Origin: Eledone cirrhosa
Taxonomy: Eukaryota
Reading direction: 5' to 3'
Assembly (NCBI GenBank): GCA_964016885.1
Contig: OZ024744.1
Span: 22,630,001-22,694,000 of the forward strand
DNA: 64,000 nucleotides
Under the pieces are notes generated by a model. The model did no database searches, was not told the DNA's origin, and saw only the letters and a list, made by a program, of their open reading frames with translations. Of the stretch, positions 22,126-37,900 are shown piece after piece (position 1 is the stretch's first letter; the number at the start of each line of letters is the position of its first letter). A program made the position numbers and the translations under genes.

Positions 22126-25100
22126 ATAAGTCTAACTGAGACTGCCCACCTTCGACACACCTAACAGAGATTGCCAACCTTAGACAATTCTAACAAGGAC
22201 TGCCCACATTCGACAAAGCTAACTAAGCCTGCCCAACTTCGACAAGCCTAACAGAGACTGCTCAGCTTAGACAATCCTAGCAGAGACTGCCCAAATTCGA
22301 CAAGTCTAACAAAGGTTGCCCACCTTCGACAAATTTAACAGAGACTGTCCAACTCCGACAAACCTAATAGAGACTGTCCAACTCCGACAACATTAACAGC
22401 GAGTGCCCACCTTCGACAAGCCTAACATAGACTGCCAACCTATGACAAGCCTAACAGAGACTTTTCAGCTTCAACAAACCTAACAGAGACTGCCCACCTT
22501 CGACAAGCCTAACAGAGACTGCCGACCTTCGACAAGTCGAACAGAGACTGCCAACCTTCGACAAACCTAACGGAGACTGCCCAATTTCAACAAGTCTAAC
22601 AGAGACTGCCCAAATTCGACAAGCATAACAGAGACTGACAAACTTCGACAAGTCTAACAGAGACTGCCCACCTTCAACAAACCTAACAGAGACTGCCCAG
22701 CTAAGAAAAGTCTAACGAAGACTGCCCACTTTCGACCAACCTAACTGAGAGTGCCCACTTTTAACAGACCTAACAGATACTGCCTGCCTTCGACAATCTT
22801 AACAGATACTGCTCATCTTCGAAAAACCTAAGAGAATCTGCCCGCATCCGACAAACCTAACAGTGACTGCCCACTTTCGACAAACCTAACAGAGACTGCC
22901 AACTTTCGACTGAACTAAAAGAAACTGCCGATCTTCGACAAGTCTAACAGAGACTGCCCGTCTTCGACAAACCTAACAGAGACTTGCCACCCGCGACTAA
23001 CCTAAGAGAGACTGCCCACCTTCGACAAACCTAACAGAGACTGCCCAATTTCGAGAAGCCAAACAGAGACTGCCCGCCTTCGATAAGTCTAACAGAGACT
23101 GCCAACCATCGACAAACTTAACAGAGACATGCCACCCGCGACTAACCTAACAGAGACTGCCTACTTTCGACAAACCTAACAGAGACTGCCCATCTTCGAC
23201 CAACCTAACAGAGACTTGCCACCCGCGACTAACCTAACAGAGACTACCTACTTTCGACAAATCTAACAGCGACTGCCAATCTTCGACAAACCTAACAGAG
23301 ACAGCCCATCTTCGACAAACCTAACAGAAACTGCCCACCTTCGATAAGCCTAACAGAGACTGCCCAACTTCGACAAGTCTAAAGAGATGCCCAAATTCGA
23401 CAAGTCTAACAGATACTGCCCAGCTTCAACAAACCTAACAGAGACTGTCTACCTTCGACAACACTAACAGAGACTGCCAACCTACGACAAGCCTAACAGA
23501 GACTGCCCAACTTCGACAAGTATAACTGCGACTGCCTACTTTCGACAAACCTAACAGAGACTGCCCATCTTCGACAAACCTAACAGAAACTGCCCACCTT
23601 CGATAAGCCTATCAGACACTTCCCAACTTCGCTAAGTCTAAAGAGACGGCCCAACTTCGACAAGCATAAAAGACACTGCCCAACTTCAACATATCTAACA
23701 GTGACTGCCCACCTTCGGCAAATGTATCAAAAACTTCCCACCTTCGGCAACCCTAACAGAGATTACCCACCTTCGACAAAACTAACAGAGACTGCCAAAC
23801 TTCGACAAACCTAACAGAGACTGACCAACTTCTACAAACCTAACAGAGACTGCCCACTTTCGACAAAACTAACAGAATCTGCCCAACATCGAGAAGTCTA
23901 ACAGAAATTCCCCACCTTCGGAAAACCTAATAGAGACTGCCCACCTTCGACAAGTCTAACAGAGACAGCCAACCTTCGACAAACCTAACAGAGACAGCCC
24001 AACTTCGGCAAGACCTAACAGAGACTTCCCTCCTCCGACAAACCTAACATGAACTGCCCACCTTCGATATGTCTAACAGAGACTGACCACCTTCGAAAAA
24101 CATGACAGAGACTGCCCATTTTCGACAAACATGACAGAGACATCCCACCTCCGACAAATCTAACATAGACTGCCCATCTTCGACACAACCTAACAGAGAC
24201 TGCCCAACTTCGACAAGACTAACAGAGACTGTCGACCTTCGTCAAACCCAACAGGAACTGCCCACCTTCGCCAAGTCTAACAGAGACTGCCCACCTTCGA
24301 CAAGCCTAACAAAGACTGCGCACTTCGACAAACCTAACAGAGACTGCCAACCTTCGATAAGTCTAACAGAGACTGCCAACCTTAGACAAGCCAAACAGAG
24401 ACTGCCCATCTTCAACAAACCTAACAGAGACTGCCCACCTTCGACATGTCTAACAGAGACTGCCAACCTTCGATAAGTCTAACAGAGACTGCCCGCCTGC
24501 GACAAGTCTGACAGAGACTGCCCATATTCGACAAACCTACCAGAGACAGCCCACCTTCGAGAAGCCTAACAGAGACTGCCCCTCTTCGATAAGTCTAACT
24601 TAGACTGCCCACCTTCGACAAGTCTAACAGGGACTTCCCACCTTCAACAGGCCTAACAGAGACAACCCACCTTCGAAAAACCTAACTGAGACTGCCTACT
24701 TTTGCACAAGCCTAACAGAGACCGCCCATCTTCGATAAGCCTAACAGACACTGCCCAACTTCGACAAGTCGAACAGAGACTATCAATATTAGACAAGCCT
24801 AACAGAGACTGCCCACCTTCGACAACACTAACAGAGAGTGCACACCTGCAACAAGCCTAACAGAGACTGCCAAACTACGACAAGCCTAACAGTGACTGCC
24901 CAATTTCGACAAACCTAACAGAGACTGCCTACCTTCCACAAGTCTAGACGAGAGTGCCCAACTTCGACAAGCCTAATAGGGACGGTCCACTTTCGAAAGG
25001 TCCAACAGAGACTGCCAACCTTCAACAAGTCTAACAGAGACTGCCCATGTTCGTCAAACCTACTAGAGACTGCCCACCTACGAAAAGCCCAGCAGAGCCT

Positions 25101-28100
25101 GCCCTCCTTCGACAAGTCTAAAGAGACTGCCCACATTCGACAGGCCTAACAGAGACTGCCCACCTTCGACAGGTCTAACTAAAACTGCCCACCTTCGGCA
25201 AGTCTAACAGATACTGTTCAACATCAACAGGCCTAACAGAGGCTGCCCACCTTCGACAAACCTAACAGAGACTAGCCTCCTTCGACAAGCCTAACAGAGA
25301 GTGCCCACATTCGACAAACCAAACAGAGTCTGCCCACTTTCAATAAGCCTAACAGAGACTGCCCCTTTTCGAAAATCCTAACTGAGACTGCCCACATTCG
25401 ATAAGCCTAACAGAGAGTGCCCAACTTCGACAAGTCTAACAGAGACTGCCTACCTTCGACAAGTATAACAGAGACTGCCCACCTTCGATAAGCTTAACAG
25501 AGACTGTCCAACTTCGACAAACCTAACAGAGACTGGCTAGCTTCGACAAGTCTAACAGAGAATACCCACCTTCAACAAACCTAACAGAGACTGCGCAACT
25601 TCGACCATCTAACAGAGTCTGCCAACCTTCGATAAGCCTAACAGAGACTGCCCACCTTCGACAAACCTAACAGAGACGGCCCATCTTCGACAAGTTTAAC
25701 AGAGACTGCCTAACTTCGACAAACCTAACAGAGACTGCCCAACTGCAACAAACCTAACATAGACTACCGACCTTCGACAAACATAACAGAGTCAGCCCAC
25801 CTGTGAGAAACCTAACAGAGACAGCCCAACTTCGGCAAAACCTAACAGAAACTGCCCTCCTCCGACAAACCTAACAGGAACTGCCCGCTTTCGACATGTC
25901 AAACAGAGACTGACCACCTTCGAGAAAACTAACAGAGACTGCCCACTTTCGACAAACATGACAGAGACTGCCCACCTTCGACAAATCTAACATAGACTGC
26001 CCAACTTCGACAAACCTAAAAGAGACTGCCCAAATTCGACAAGTCTAACAGATACTACCGACCTTCGTCAAACCCAACAGGAACTGCCCACTTTCGACAA
26101 GTCTAACAGAGTCTGCCCACCCTAGAATAAACGAGAGAGAGAGACTGCCCACCTTCGACAAACCTAAGAGAGACGGCTCATTTTCGACAAGTCTAACAGA
26201 GACCGGCAACCTTCGACAAGCCTCAGAGAGACTGCCCATCTTCGACAAACCTAACAGAGACTGCCCAGATTCGACAAGTCTAACATAGACTGCCAACCTT
26301 CGATAAGCCTAACAGAGAATGCCCACCTTCGACAAATTTAACAGAGACTGTTCACCTTCGACAAACCTAACAGAGACTGCCAACCTTCGACAAACCTAAC
26401 AGAGACTGCCCACTTTCGACAAGTCTAACAGAGACTGCTCGCCTGCGACAAGTCTAACAGAGACTGCCCACCTTCGACAAGCCTAACAGAGAATGCCCAT
26501 CTTCGACAAACCTAACAGAGACTGGTTACCTTCGACAAACCTAACAGAATCTGCCCTCCTTCAATAAGCCTAACAGAGACTGCCCATCTTCGACAAAGCT
26601 AACTGAGAGAGCCCATTTTCGATAAGCCTAACAGAGACTGCCCAACTTCGACAAGTCTAACAGAGAATGCCTACCTTCGAAAAGTATAACAGAGACTGCC
26701 CACCTTCCATAAACCTAACAGAGACTGTCCAACTTCGAGAAACCTAACAGAGACTGCCTACCTTCGACAAGTGTAACAGAGAATGCCCACCTTCAACAAA
26801 CCTAACAGAGATTGCCCAACTTCGACAAGTCTAACAGAAACTGCCAACCTTCGAAAAGCCTAACAGAGACTGCCCACATTCGACAAACCGAACAGAGACT
26901 GCCCACCTTTGACAACCTAACAGACACTGCCAACCTTCGACAAATCTAACATAGACTTCACATATTCAACAATCCTAACAGAGACACCAACCTTAGAAAA
27001 GCCTAGCAGAGACTACGCACGTTTCACTAACCTAAAAAAGACTGCCCACCTTCGACAAAACTAACAGAGACTGCCCTCTTTCGACAAACCTAGCAGAGAC
27101 GGCCCACCTTCGAAAAGTTTAAGAGAGACTGCCTGACTTCGACAAACCTAACAGAGACTGCCCAACTTCAACAAACCTAACATAGACTACCGACCTTCGA
27201 CAAACATAACAAAGACTGCCCACCTTCGATAAACCTAACAGAGACTGCCAAACGTCGACACACCTAACAGAGACAGCCCTCCTCCGACAAACCTAACAGG
27301 AACTGCCCACTTTCGACATGTCTAAAAGAGACTGACCACCTTCAAGAAACCTAACAGAGACTGCCCATCTTCGACAAATTTAACATAGACTGCCAAACTT
27401 CGACAAACCTAAAAGAGACTGCCCAACTTTGACAAGTATAACAGAGACTAGCGACCTTCGTCAAACCCAAAAGGAACTGCCCACCTTCAACAAGTCTAAC
27501 AGAGACTCCCCACCATTGAAAAAACGTGAGAGAGATTGCCCACCTTCGACAAGCCTCACAGAGACTGCCCACCTTCAACAAACCTAACGGAGACTGCCCA
27601 GCTTAGAAAAGTCTAACGAACACTGCCCAATTTCGACCAAACTAGCTGAGAGGGCCCAATTTTAACAGACCTAACAGAGACTGCCTGCCTTCGACATACC
27701 TAACAGATACTGCTCACCTTCGACAAACATAAGAGAGACTGCCCACCATCAAGAAACCTAACAGAGACTGCCCACCTTCGACAAGCATAACAGAGACTGC
27801 GTACTTTCGAAAAACCTAAGAGAAACTGCCCGCATCCAACTAACCTACCAGAGACTGCCAACTTTCGAGTAAACTAAAAGAAACTGCCGATCTTCGACAA
27901 GTCTAACAGAGACTGCCCATCTTCGACAAACCTAACAGAGACTTGCCACCCGCGACTAACCTAACAGAGCCGGCACACATTCGGCATGTCTAACAGAGAC
28001 TTCCCACCTTCGACAAGTCTGACATAGACTGCCCACACTCGACAAATCTATCAGAGACTGCCCACCTTCGACAAACCTAACAGAGACTACCGACCTTCGA

Positions 28101-28999
28101 CAAACTTAACAGAGAATCCCCACCTTCAACAAACCTAACCGAGACTGCTCACCTTCGTCAAACCTAACATAAACTGCCAATATATGACAAGTCTAACAGA
28201 TACTGCCCCACTTCGATAAGCCTACCAGAGACTACTCAATTTCGACAAGTCTAACAGAGACTATCAACCATAGACAAGCCTAACGGAGACTGCTAACCTT
28301 TGACAAACCTAACAGAGACTACCCACCTTCGACAAGCCTAACAGTGACAGCACACCTTCGACAAGTATAACAAAAACTTCCCACCTTCAACAAGCCTAAC
28401 AGAGACTGCCCTCCTTCGACAAGTCTAACAGGGACTACCCACCTTAGACAAGCCTAGCAGAGACAGCGCACCATCGACTAACCTAACAGAGACTGCCCAC
28501 CTTTGACAAAACTAACAGAGACTGCCCACTTTCGACAAACCTAACAGAGACTGCCCACATTCGACAAGCCTAACAGAGACTGCCCACCTTCTACAAACCT
28601 AACAGAGACTGCCCACCTTCGACAAGTCTTACATAGACTGCCCACATTCGACAAGCTTAACAGAGACTGCCCAGCTTCGCCAAATCTAACAGAGACTGCC
28701 CTACTTCGACAAACTTAACAGAGAGACCCCATCTTCGACAAACGTAACACAGACTGCCCACTTTCGACAAACTTAAAAGAGACTGCCCACCTTCGACCGG
28801 CCTAACAGAGAGTTGCCACCTTCGACAGTCTAACAGAGAATGCCCACTTTAGACAAGCCTAACAGTGACTGCCCACTTTCGACAAACCTAACAGAGACTG
28901 CCCATCTTCGTCAAAACTAACAGAGCCTACCGACTTCGACAAACCTAACAGAGACTACCCACCTTCGACAAGTCTAACAGAGACTGCCCACCTTCAACA

Positions 29000-31900
29000 A
29001 ACCTAACAGAGACTGCCCACCTTCGACAAACCTAACAGTGACTGCCCACCTTCGACCGGCCTAACAGAGACTTGCCACCTTCGACAGTCTAACAGAGTAT
29101 GCCACCTTCGACAGCCTAACAAGCCTAACAAAAACTGCCCCCCTTTGACAAACCTAACAGAGACTGCCAACCTTCTACAAACCTAACATTGACTGCCCAC
29201 TTTCGACAAACATTACAAACAGTGCCCACCTTCGACAATTCTAACTGAGACACCCCACGTTCTATTAACCTAACAGAGATTGCCTACTTTCGACAAGACT
29301 AACCGAGACTGCCTTCCTTCGACAAACCTAACAGAGACTGCCCAGCTTCGACAAACCTAACAGAGACTGCCCACATTCGACAAGCCTAACAGAGACTGCC
29401 CACTTTCGACAAACTTAACAGAGACTGCCCGCCTTCGACAAGCCTAACAGAGATGTCCCACGTTCCATAACTCTAACAGAGACCTCCCACTTTCGATAAA
29501 CCTAACAGAGACTGCCCACCTTCGACAAATCTAGCAGATACTACCCACCTTCGACAAACCTAACAGAGACAGCCCATCTTCGATAAGCCTAGCAGAGACT
29601 GCCCACCTTCGACAAGCCTAACAGACACAGCCCACCTTCAACAATTCTAACAGAGATGGCCCACGTTAGTCAATACTAACAGAGACTGCCTGCCTTCGAC
29701 TAGTCTAAGAGAGACGGCCCACCATCGAAAAGCATAACAGAGACTGCTCATCTTCGACAAACCTAACAGAGATGCCCACCTTAGACAAACCTAATAGAGA
29801 CAGCCCACCTTCGACAAGACTAACTGAGACTCCCCACATTCGACAAGTCTAACAGAGACTGCCCACCTTCGATAAGCTTTCCAGAGACTACTCAACTTCG
29901 ACAAGCCTAATAGAAACTATCAACCTTATAAAAGCCTAACAGAGACAGCCCATCTTTGACAAACCTGACAGAGACAGCGCACCTTCGACTAACCTAACAG
30001 AGAATGCCCACCTTCGACAAGGCTAACAGAGACTGCCCACATTCGACAAACCTAACATAGACTATCGACCTTCGACAAACTTAACAGAGCGTCCCCATCT
30101 TCGACACACGTAACAGAGACTACCGACCTTCGACAAACCTAACAGAGACTACCCACCTTCAACAAGTCTAACAGAGACTGCCCACCTTTAACAAACTTAA
30201 CAGAGACTGCCCACCTTCGACCGGCCTAACAGAGACTTGCCACCTTCGACAAGCCTAACAGAGACTCCCCACTTTCGACAAACCTAACAGAGACTGCCCA
30301 CCTTCGTCAAGCCTAACAGAGATGGGCCACGTTCGATACGTCTAACAGAGACCTCCCACGTTGAACAAGCCTAACATATACTACCCACCTTAGAGTGGTC
30401 GATTAACCTAACAGAGAATTCCCACCTTTCAAAAAACTAACAGAGACTGCCCACGTTTTAAAAAACTATCAGAGATTGCCCACTTTCCACAAACCTAACA
30501 GAGACAGCCCACCTTTGATAAACCTAACATAGACTATCGACCTTCGACAAACTTAACAGAGACTGCCCTACTTCGACAAACTTAACAGAGACTCCCCACC
30601 TTCGACAAACCTAACAGAGACTGCCCACCTTCGACAAACCTAACATAGACTATCGACCTTCGACAAACTTAACAGAGACTGCCCTACTTCGACAAACTTA
30701 ACAGAGACTCCCCACCTTCGACAAACCTAACAGAGACTGCCCACCTTCGACAAACCTAACATAGACTATCGACCTTCGACAAACTTAACAGAGACTGCCC
30801 TACGTCGACAAACTTAACAGAGACTCCCCACCTTCGACAAACCTAACAGAGACTGCCCACCTTCGACAAACCTAACAGAGACTACCGACCTTCGACAAGC
30901 CTAACAGGGACTACCCACCTTCAACAAGTCTAACTGAGACTGCCCTACTTCGACAAACCTAACAGAGACTGCCCACATTCGACAAACTTAACAGAGAATC
31001 CCCACCTTCAACAAACCTAACAGAGACTGCCCACCTTCGACAAACCTAACAGTGACTGCCCATTTGTTACAAGCCTAACAGAGACTGCGAACATTTGACA
31101 AGGCTTACAAATACTGCCCACCTTCGATAAGCCTAACAGTAACTGCCTAACTTCGACAAGTCTAACAGAGACTGTCAATCTTAAAAAGCCTAACAGAAAC
31201 TTCCCCCCTTTGACAAACCTAACAGACACTGCCCACCTTCGACAAACTTAACAGCGACTGCCCACATTCGACAAGCCTAACAGAGACTGCCCACCTTCGA
31301 CAAACCTAACAGAGACTGCCCACCTTCGACAAGCGTAACAGAGAGTACCCACCTTGGATCAGCCTAACAGAGACTGGCCACCTTCGACAAGTCTATCAGA
31401 GAATTCCCACTTTCGCCAAGCCTAACAAAGACTTCCCAATTTCGACAAACCTAACAGAGACTGCCCACCTTCGACAAGTCTAAGAGAGACAGCCCACCTT
31501 CGAAAAGCCTAACAGACACTGCCCACCTTCGACGAACCTAACAGAGATGCCGACCTTCGACAAGTCTAACAGAGACTGCCCACATTCGCTCAAATCTAAC
31601 ACAGACTGCACACCTTCGACAAGACTAACAGAAACTGCACACCTTCGATAAGCCTAACAGAGACTGCCTGCAGTCGACAAACCTAACAGAGAATGCCCAC
31701 CTTCGACAAGTCTTAAATAGACTGCCCACATTCGACAAGCCTAACAGAGACTGCCCAGCTTCGCCAAACCTAACAGAGACTGCCCACCTTCGACAAGCCT
31801 AACAAAGACTGCTCATCTTCGACAAACCTAACAGAGACTGCCCACTTCGACAACTGTAACAGAGACTGCCCACTTTCGAAAAGTCTACCAGAGACTGCCC

Positions 31901-34900
31901 ACATTCGACAAATCTCCCAGAGATTGCCCAACTTCGACAAACCTAACGAAGACAGCCCACCTTCGACAAGCCTAACAGAGTCTTCCCACATTCGACAACT
32001 CTATCTGAGACTGCCCACCTTCGACAAGTCTAACAGAGACTGCCCATATATGACAAACCTAACAGACACTGCCGACCTTCGACAAGTCTAACAGAGACTG
32101 CCCACCTTCGCTCAAATATAACACAGTCAGCCCACCTGCGACAAGCCTAACAGGGACTGCCAACAGGGACTACCCACCTTCAAAAAATCTAACAGAGACT
32201 GCCCACCTTCGACAAACCTAACAGAGACTACCGACCTTCCACAAACTTAACAGAGAATCCCCACCTTCGACAAACCTAACAGTGAGTGCCAATTTTCAAC
32301 AAGCCTAAGTGAGACTGCCAACATTTGACAATGCTAACAAGATTGCCCACCTTCGATAAGCCTAACAGTGATTGCCCAACTTCAACAAGTCTAACGGAGA
32401 CTGTCAATCTTAAAGAAGCCTAACAGAGACTGCCCATCTTTGACAAACATAACAGAGACGGCCCAACAGCGACAAACCTAACAGACTTCCCACCTTCGAC
32501 AAGACTAACAGAGACTGCCCTTCTTCCACAAGTCTAACATAGACTACCCACCTTAGACTAGCATAGCAGAGACTGCGCACCGTCGACTAACCTAACAGAG
32601 ACTGCCAACGTTCCACAAACCAAACAGAGACAGCCCACCTTCGACAAGCCTAACAGACACGGCCCACATTCGACAAGTCTAATAGAGACTGCCCACCTTC
32701 GACAAACATAACAGAGACTGCCCACATACGACAAACCTAACAGAGACTGCCCACCTTCGATAAGCCTAACAGTGACTGCCCAGATTCGACAAACTTAACA
32801 GAGACTGCCGACCTTCGACAAGTCTAACACTGACCGCCCACTTTCGCTCAAATCTAAAAGAGACTGCCCACCTTCGACAAGCCTAACAGAGACTGCCAAC
32901 ATTTGACAAGTCTAACTGAGACTGCCCACCTTCGATAAACCTAACAGTGACTGCCCATCATCGACAAATCTAACAGAGACTATCAATCTTAGACAGGCCT
33001 AACAGAGACTTCCCATCTTTGACAAACCTGACAGAGACTGCCGACATTCGACAAGCCTAATAGAGACTGCCCAGCTTCGACAAACCTAACAGAGACTTCC
33101 CAGCTTCGTCAAACCTAAGAGAGACTGCCCACCTTCGACAAGCCTATCAGTGACTATCAATCTTAGAGAAGCCTAACAGAGACTGCCCACCATTGACAAA
33201 CCTAACATAGACTGCCCACCTTCGACAAACCTAACAGAGACTGCCCACCTTTGACAAGCCTAAACGGGACTGCCCACATTCGACAAGTCTAACTGAGACT
33301 GCCCACCTTCAACAAGTCTAACAGAGACTGCCCACATACGACAAACCTAACAGATACTACCCACATTCGACAAGCCTAACAGCGACTGCCCACGTTCGGC
33401 AGACTTAACAGAGATTGCCCACCTTCGACAACTCTAACAGAGACTGCCCACCTTCGCTCAAATCTAACACTGACTGCACACCTTCGACAAGCCTAACAGA
33501 AAATGCCCACCTTCGACAAGTCTTACAGAGACTGCCCACATTCGACAAGCCTAATAGAGACTTCCCAGATTCGTCAAAGCTAACAGAGACTGCCCACCTT
33601 CGACAACTTTTACAGAGACTGCGCAGTTTCGACAAGTCTAACAGAGACTGCCCTATTTCGATAAGCCTAACAGAGACTGCCCACTTTCGACAAATCTACC
33701 AGCGATTGCCCAACTTCAACAAACCTAACATAGACAGCCCACCTTCGACAAGTCTAACAGAGACTACCCACATTTGAAAAGTCTAACAGAGTCTGCCCAA
33801 CTTCGACAAGTCTAACATAGACTACCTACCTTAGACTAGCCTAGAAGAGACTGCGCACCTTCGACTAACCTAACAGAGAATGCCCACCTTCGACAAGCCT
33901 AACAGAGACTCCCCACCTTCGATGAGCCTAACAGAGACTGCCGACCTTCGACAAGTCCAACAGAGACTGCCCACCTTCGGTAAAATCTAACACAGACTGC
34001 ACACATTCGACAAGCCGAACAGAGACTGCCCACCTTCGACAACTCTTACGGAGACTGCCCACTTTCGACAAACCTAACAGCGACAGCTCACCTTCGACAA
34101 GCCTACCAGAGACTGCCCTCATTCGACAAGTGTAAATTAGACTGCCCACCTTCGACAAGTCTAACAAAGACTGCCCATATATGACAAACCTAACAGAGAC
34201 TGCCCAACTTCGTCAAGCCTAACAGTGGCGTCCCACCTTCGACAAACTTACCTGAGACTGCCGACGTTCGAAAAGTCTAACAGAGACTGCCAACAATTGA
34301 CAAGTCTAACAGAGACTGCTTAGCTTCGATAAGCCTACCAGAGACTACTCAACTTCGACAAGTCTAACAGAGACTATCAACCTTAGGCAAGCCTAACAGA
34401 GACTACTCAACTTCGACAAGTCTAACGGAGACTATCTACCTTAGGCAAGCCTAACAGAGACTGCCCACCTTCGACATACCTAACAGAGACTACCGACCTT
34501 CGACAAATCTAACAGGGACTACCCTCCTTCAACATGTCTAACAGAGACTGCCCTACTTAAAAAAACCTAACAGAGACTGCCCACCTTCGACAAACCTAAC
34601 AGAGACTGCCCATATATGACAAACCTAACAGAGACTGCCCAACTTTGCTGAAATCTAACACATCTGCCCACCTTCTACAAGCCTAACAGAGACTGCCGAC
34701 CTTCGACAAGTCTAACAGAGACTGCCCACCTTCGATAAGCCTACCAGAGACTACTCAACTTCGACAGGTCTAACAGAGACTATCAATCTTAGGCAAGTAT
34801 AACAGAGACTGCCCACCTTCGACAAACCTAACACAGACTACCGACCTTCGACAAATCTAACAGGGAATACCCACCTTCAACAAGCCTAACAGAGACTGCC

Positions 34901-37900
34901 GTGCTTCGACAATCCTAACAGAGACTGCCCACCTTCAACAAACCTAACAAAGACTACCGACCTTCGACAAACGTAACAGAGAATCCCCCACCTTCGACAA
35001 ACTTAACAAAGACTGCCCACCTTCGACAAACCTAACAGTGACTGTTCATTTTCGACAAGCCTAACAGAGACTGCCAACATTTGAAAAGGCTAACAAAGAC
35101 TGCCCACCTTCGATAAAGTTAACAGTGACTGCCCAACTACGACAACTCTAACAGAGACTGTCAATCTTAAACAAGCCTAACAGAGACTGCCTACCTTTGA
35201 CAAACCTAACAGAGACTGCCCACCTTCGACAAACCTAAGAGAGACTGCCCACATTCGACAAGCGTAACGGAGACTGCACATCTTCGACAAACCTAACAGA
35301 GACTGCCAACCTTTGACAAGTCTAACAGAGACTGCCCTGCTTCGTCAAAACTAAGAGAGACTGCCCATCTTCGACAAGCCTAACAGTGACTATCAATCTT
35401 AACAAACCTATCAGAGACTGCCCACCTTTGGCAAACCTAAGAGAGTCTGCCCACCTTCGACAAACCTAACAGAGACAGCCCACCTTCCACAAGCCTAACA
35501 GAGACTGCCCACCTTCGACAGGACTAAAAGAGACTGGCCACATATGACAAATCTAACAGAGATTGCGCACCTTCGCTGAAATCTAACACAGACTGCCCAC
35601 CTTCTACAAGCCTAACAGAGACTGCCGAACTTCTACAAGTCTAACAGAGACTGCCCACCTTCGATAAGCCTACCAGAGACTACTAAACATGGACAGGTCT
35701 AACAGAGACTATCAACCTTAGTCAAGTCTAACAGAGACTGCCCACCTTCGTCAAACCTAACAGAGACTACCGACCTTCGACAAATCTAACAGGGAATACC
35801 CACCTTCAACAAGCCTAACAGAGACTGCCCTACTTCGACAAACCTATCAGAGACTGCCCACCTTCGACAAACCTAACAAAGACTACCGACCTTCGACAAA
35901 CTTGACAGAATCCCCACCTTCGACAAACTAACATAGAGTGCCCACCTTCGACAAACATTAACAGTGACTAACTTCGACAAGCCTAACAGAGACTACCCCA
36001 CATCGACAAGTCTAACAGAGTCTGCCCAACTTCGACAAGTCTAACATAGACTACCCACCTTAGACTTGCCTAGCTGAGACTGCGCACCTTCGACTAACCT
36101 AACAGAGACTGCCCAACTTCGACAAAACTAACAGAGACTGCCCCCCTTCGACAAACCTAACAGAGATTGCCCACCTTCGACAAGTCTAACAGAGACTGCC
36201 CACCTTCGACAAACATAACATAGACTACCGACCTTCGACAAACCTAACATTGACTGCCCACTTTCGACAAACCTAACAGAAACTGCCAACCTTCGACAAT
36301 TCTAACAGAGACACCACACTTTCATCAAACATAACAGAGACTCCCTACGTTCAACAAGTCTAACAGAGACTACACAACTTCGACAAGTCTAACAGAGGCT
36401 GGCCACATTCGACAAGGCTAACAGAGACTGCCCATTTTCGACAAACCTAACAGAGACTGCCCACCTATGACAAACCTAATAGAGACTGCCCATCTTCGAC
36501 AAACCTAACAGAGAGTTGCCACCTTCGACCAGCCAAACAGAGATTGCCAAACTTCGACAAGTCTAACAGAGACTACCCAGCTTCGTCAAACCTAAAAGAG
36601 ACAGCCCACCTTCGACAAGACTAGCAGTGTCTATAAATCTTAGACAAACCTAACAGAGTGCCCACCTTTGACAAACCTAACAGAGACTGCCCACCTTCAA
36701 CAAACCTAACAGAGACTGCCCACCTTCGACAAGCCTAACAGAGACTGCTCACCTTCGATAAGCCTAACAGTGACTGCCCAACATCGACAAGTCTAACAGA
36801 GACTGCCCACCTTCGACAATTCTAACATTGACCTCCCACCTTCAACAAGCCTAACAGAGTCTGCCCTCCTTCGACAAGTCTAACATAGACTACCCACCTT
36901 AGACTAGCCTAGCAGAGACTGCGCAACTTCGACTAACCTAACCGAGACTGCCCAGCTTCGTCAAACCTAAGAGAGACTGCCCATCTTCGACAAGCCTAAC
37001 AGTGACTATCAACCTTACCAAGCCTATCAGAGAATGCCCACCTTCGACAAACCTAACAGAGAGCGCCCACTTCGAGGAGCCTAAAACAGACTGCCCACAT
37101 TTGACAAGTCTAACTGAGACTGCCCATCTTCAACCAGTCTAACAGAGACTGCCCACATACGACAAACCTAACAGATACTGCCCACCTTCAACAGACTTAA
37201 CAGAGACTGCTGACTTTCGACAAGTTTAACATAGACTGCCCAGGTTCGCTCAAATCTAACACAGACTGCACATCTTCGACAAGCCTGACAGAGACTGCAC
37301 ACCTTCGACAAGACTAACAGAGACTGCCCAGCTTCGCCAAACCTAACAGAGACTGCCCACCTTCGACAAGCCTAACAAAGACTGCTCACCTTCGACAAAC
37401 CTAACGGAGACTGCCCACCTTCGACAACTGTAACAGAGACTGCCCACTTTCGAAAAGTCTAACAGAGACTGCCAACCTTCGACAAGCCTAACAGAGACTG
37501 CCCACCATTGACAAACATAACAGAGACTGCCCACCTTCGACAAACTTAACAGAGACTGCCCACCTTTGACAAGCCTAACCGAGACTGCCCACCTTCAACA
37601 AGTCTAACAGAGACTGCCCACATACGACAAACCTAACAGACACTGCCTACATTCGACAAGCCTAACAGTGACTGCCCACATTCGACTGACTTAACAGAGA
37701 TTGCCCACCTTCTACAAGTCTAACAGAGACTGCCCACTTTCGCTCAAATCTAACACTGACCGCACACCCTCGACAAGCCTAACAGAGAATGCCCACCTTC
37801 GACAAGTCTTACATAGACTGCACAGCTGCGACAAGCCTAACAGAGACTGCCCACCTTCGGCAAGCCTAACAAAGACTGCTCACCTTCGACAAACCTATCG

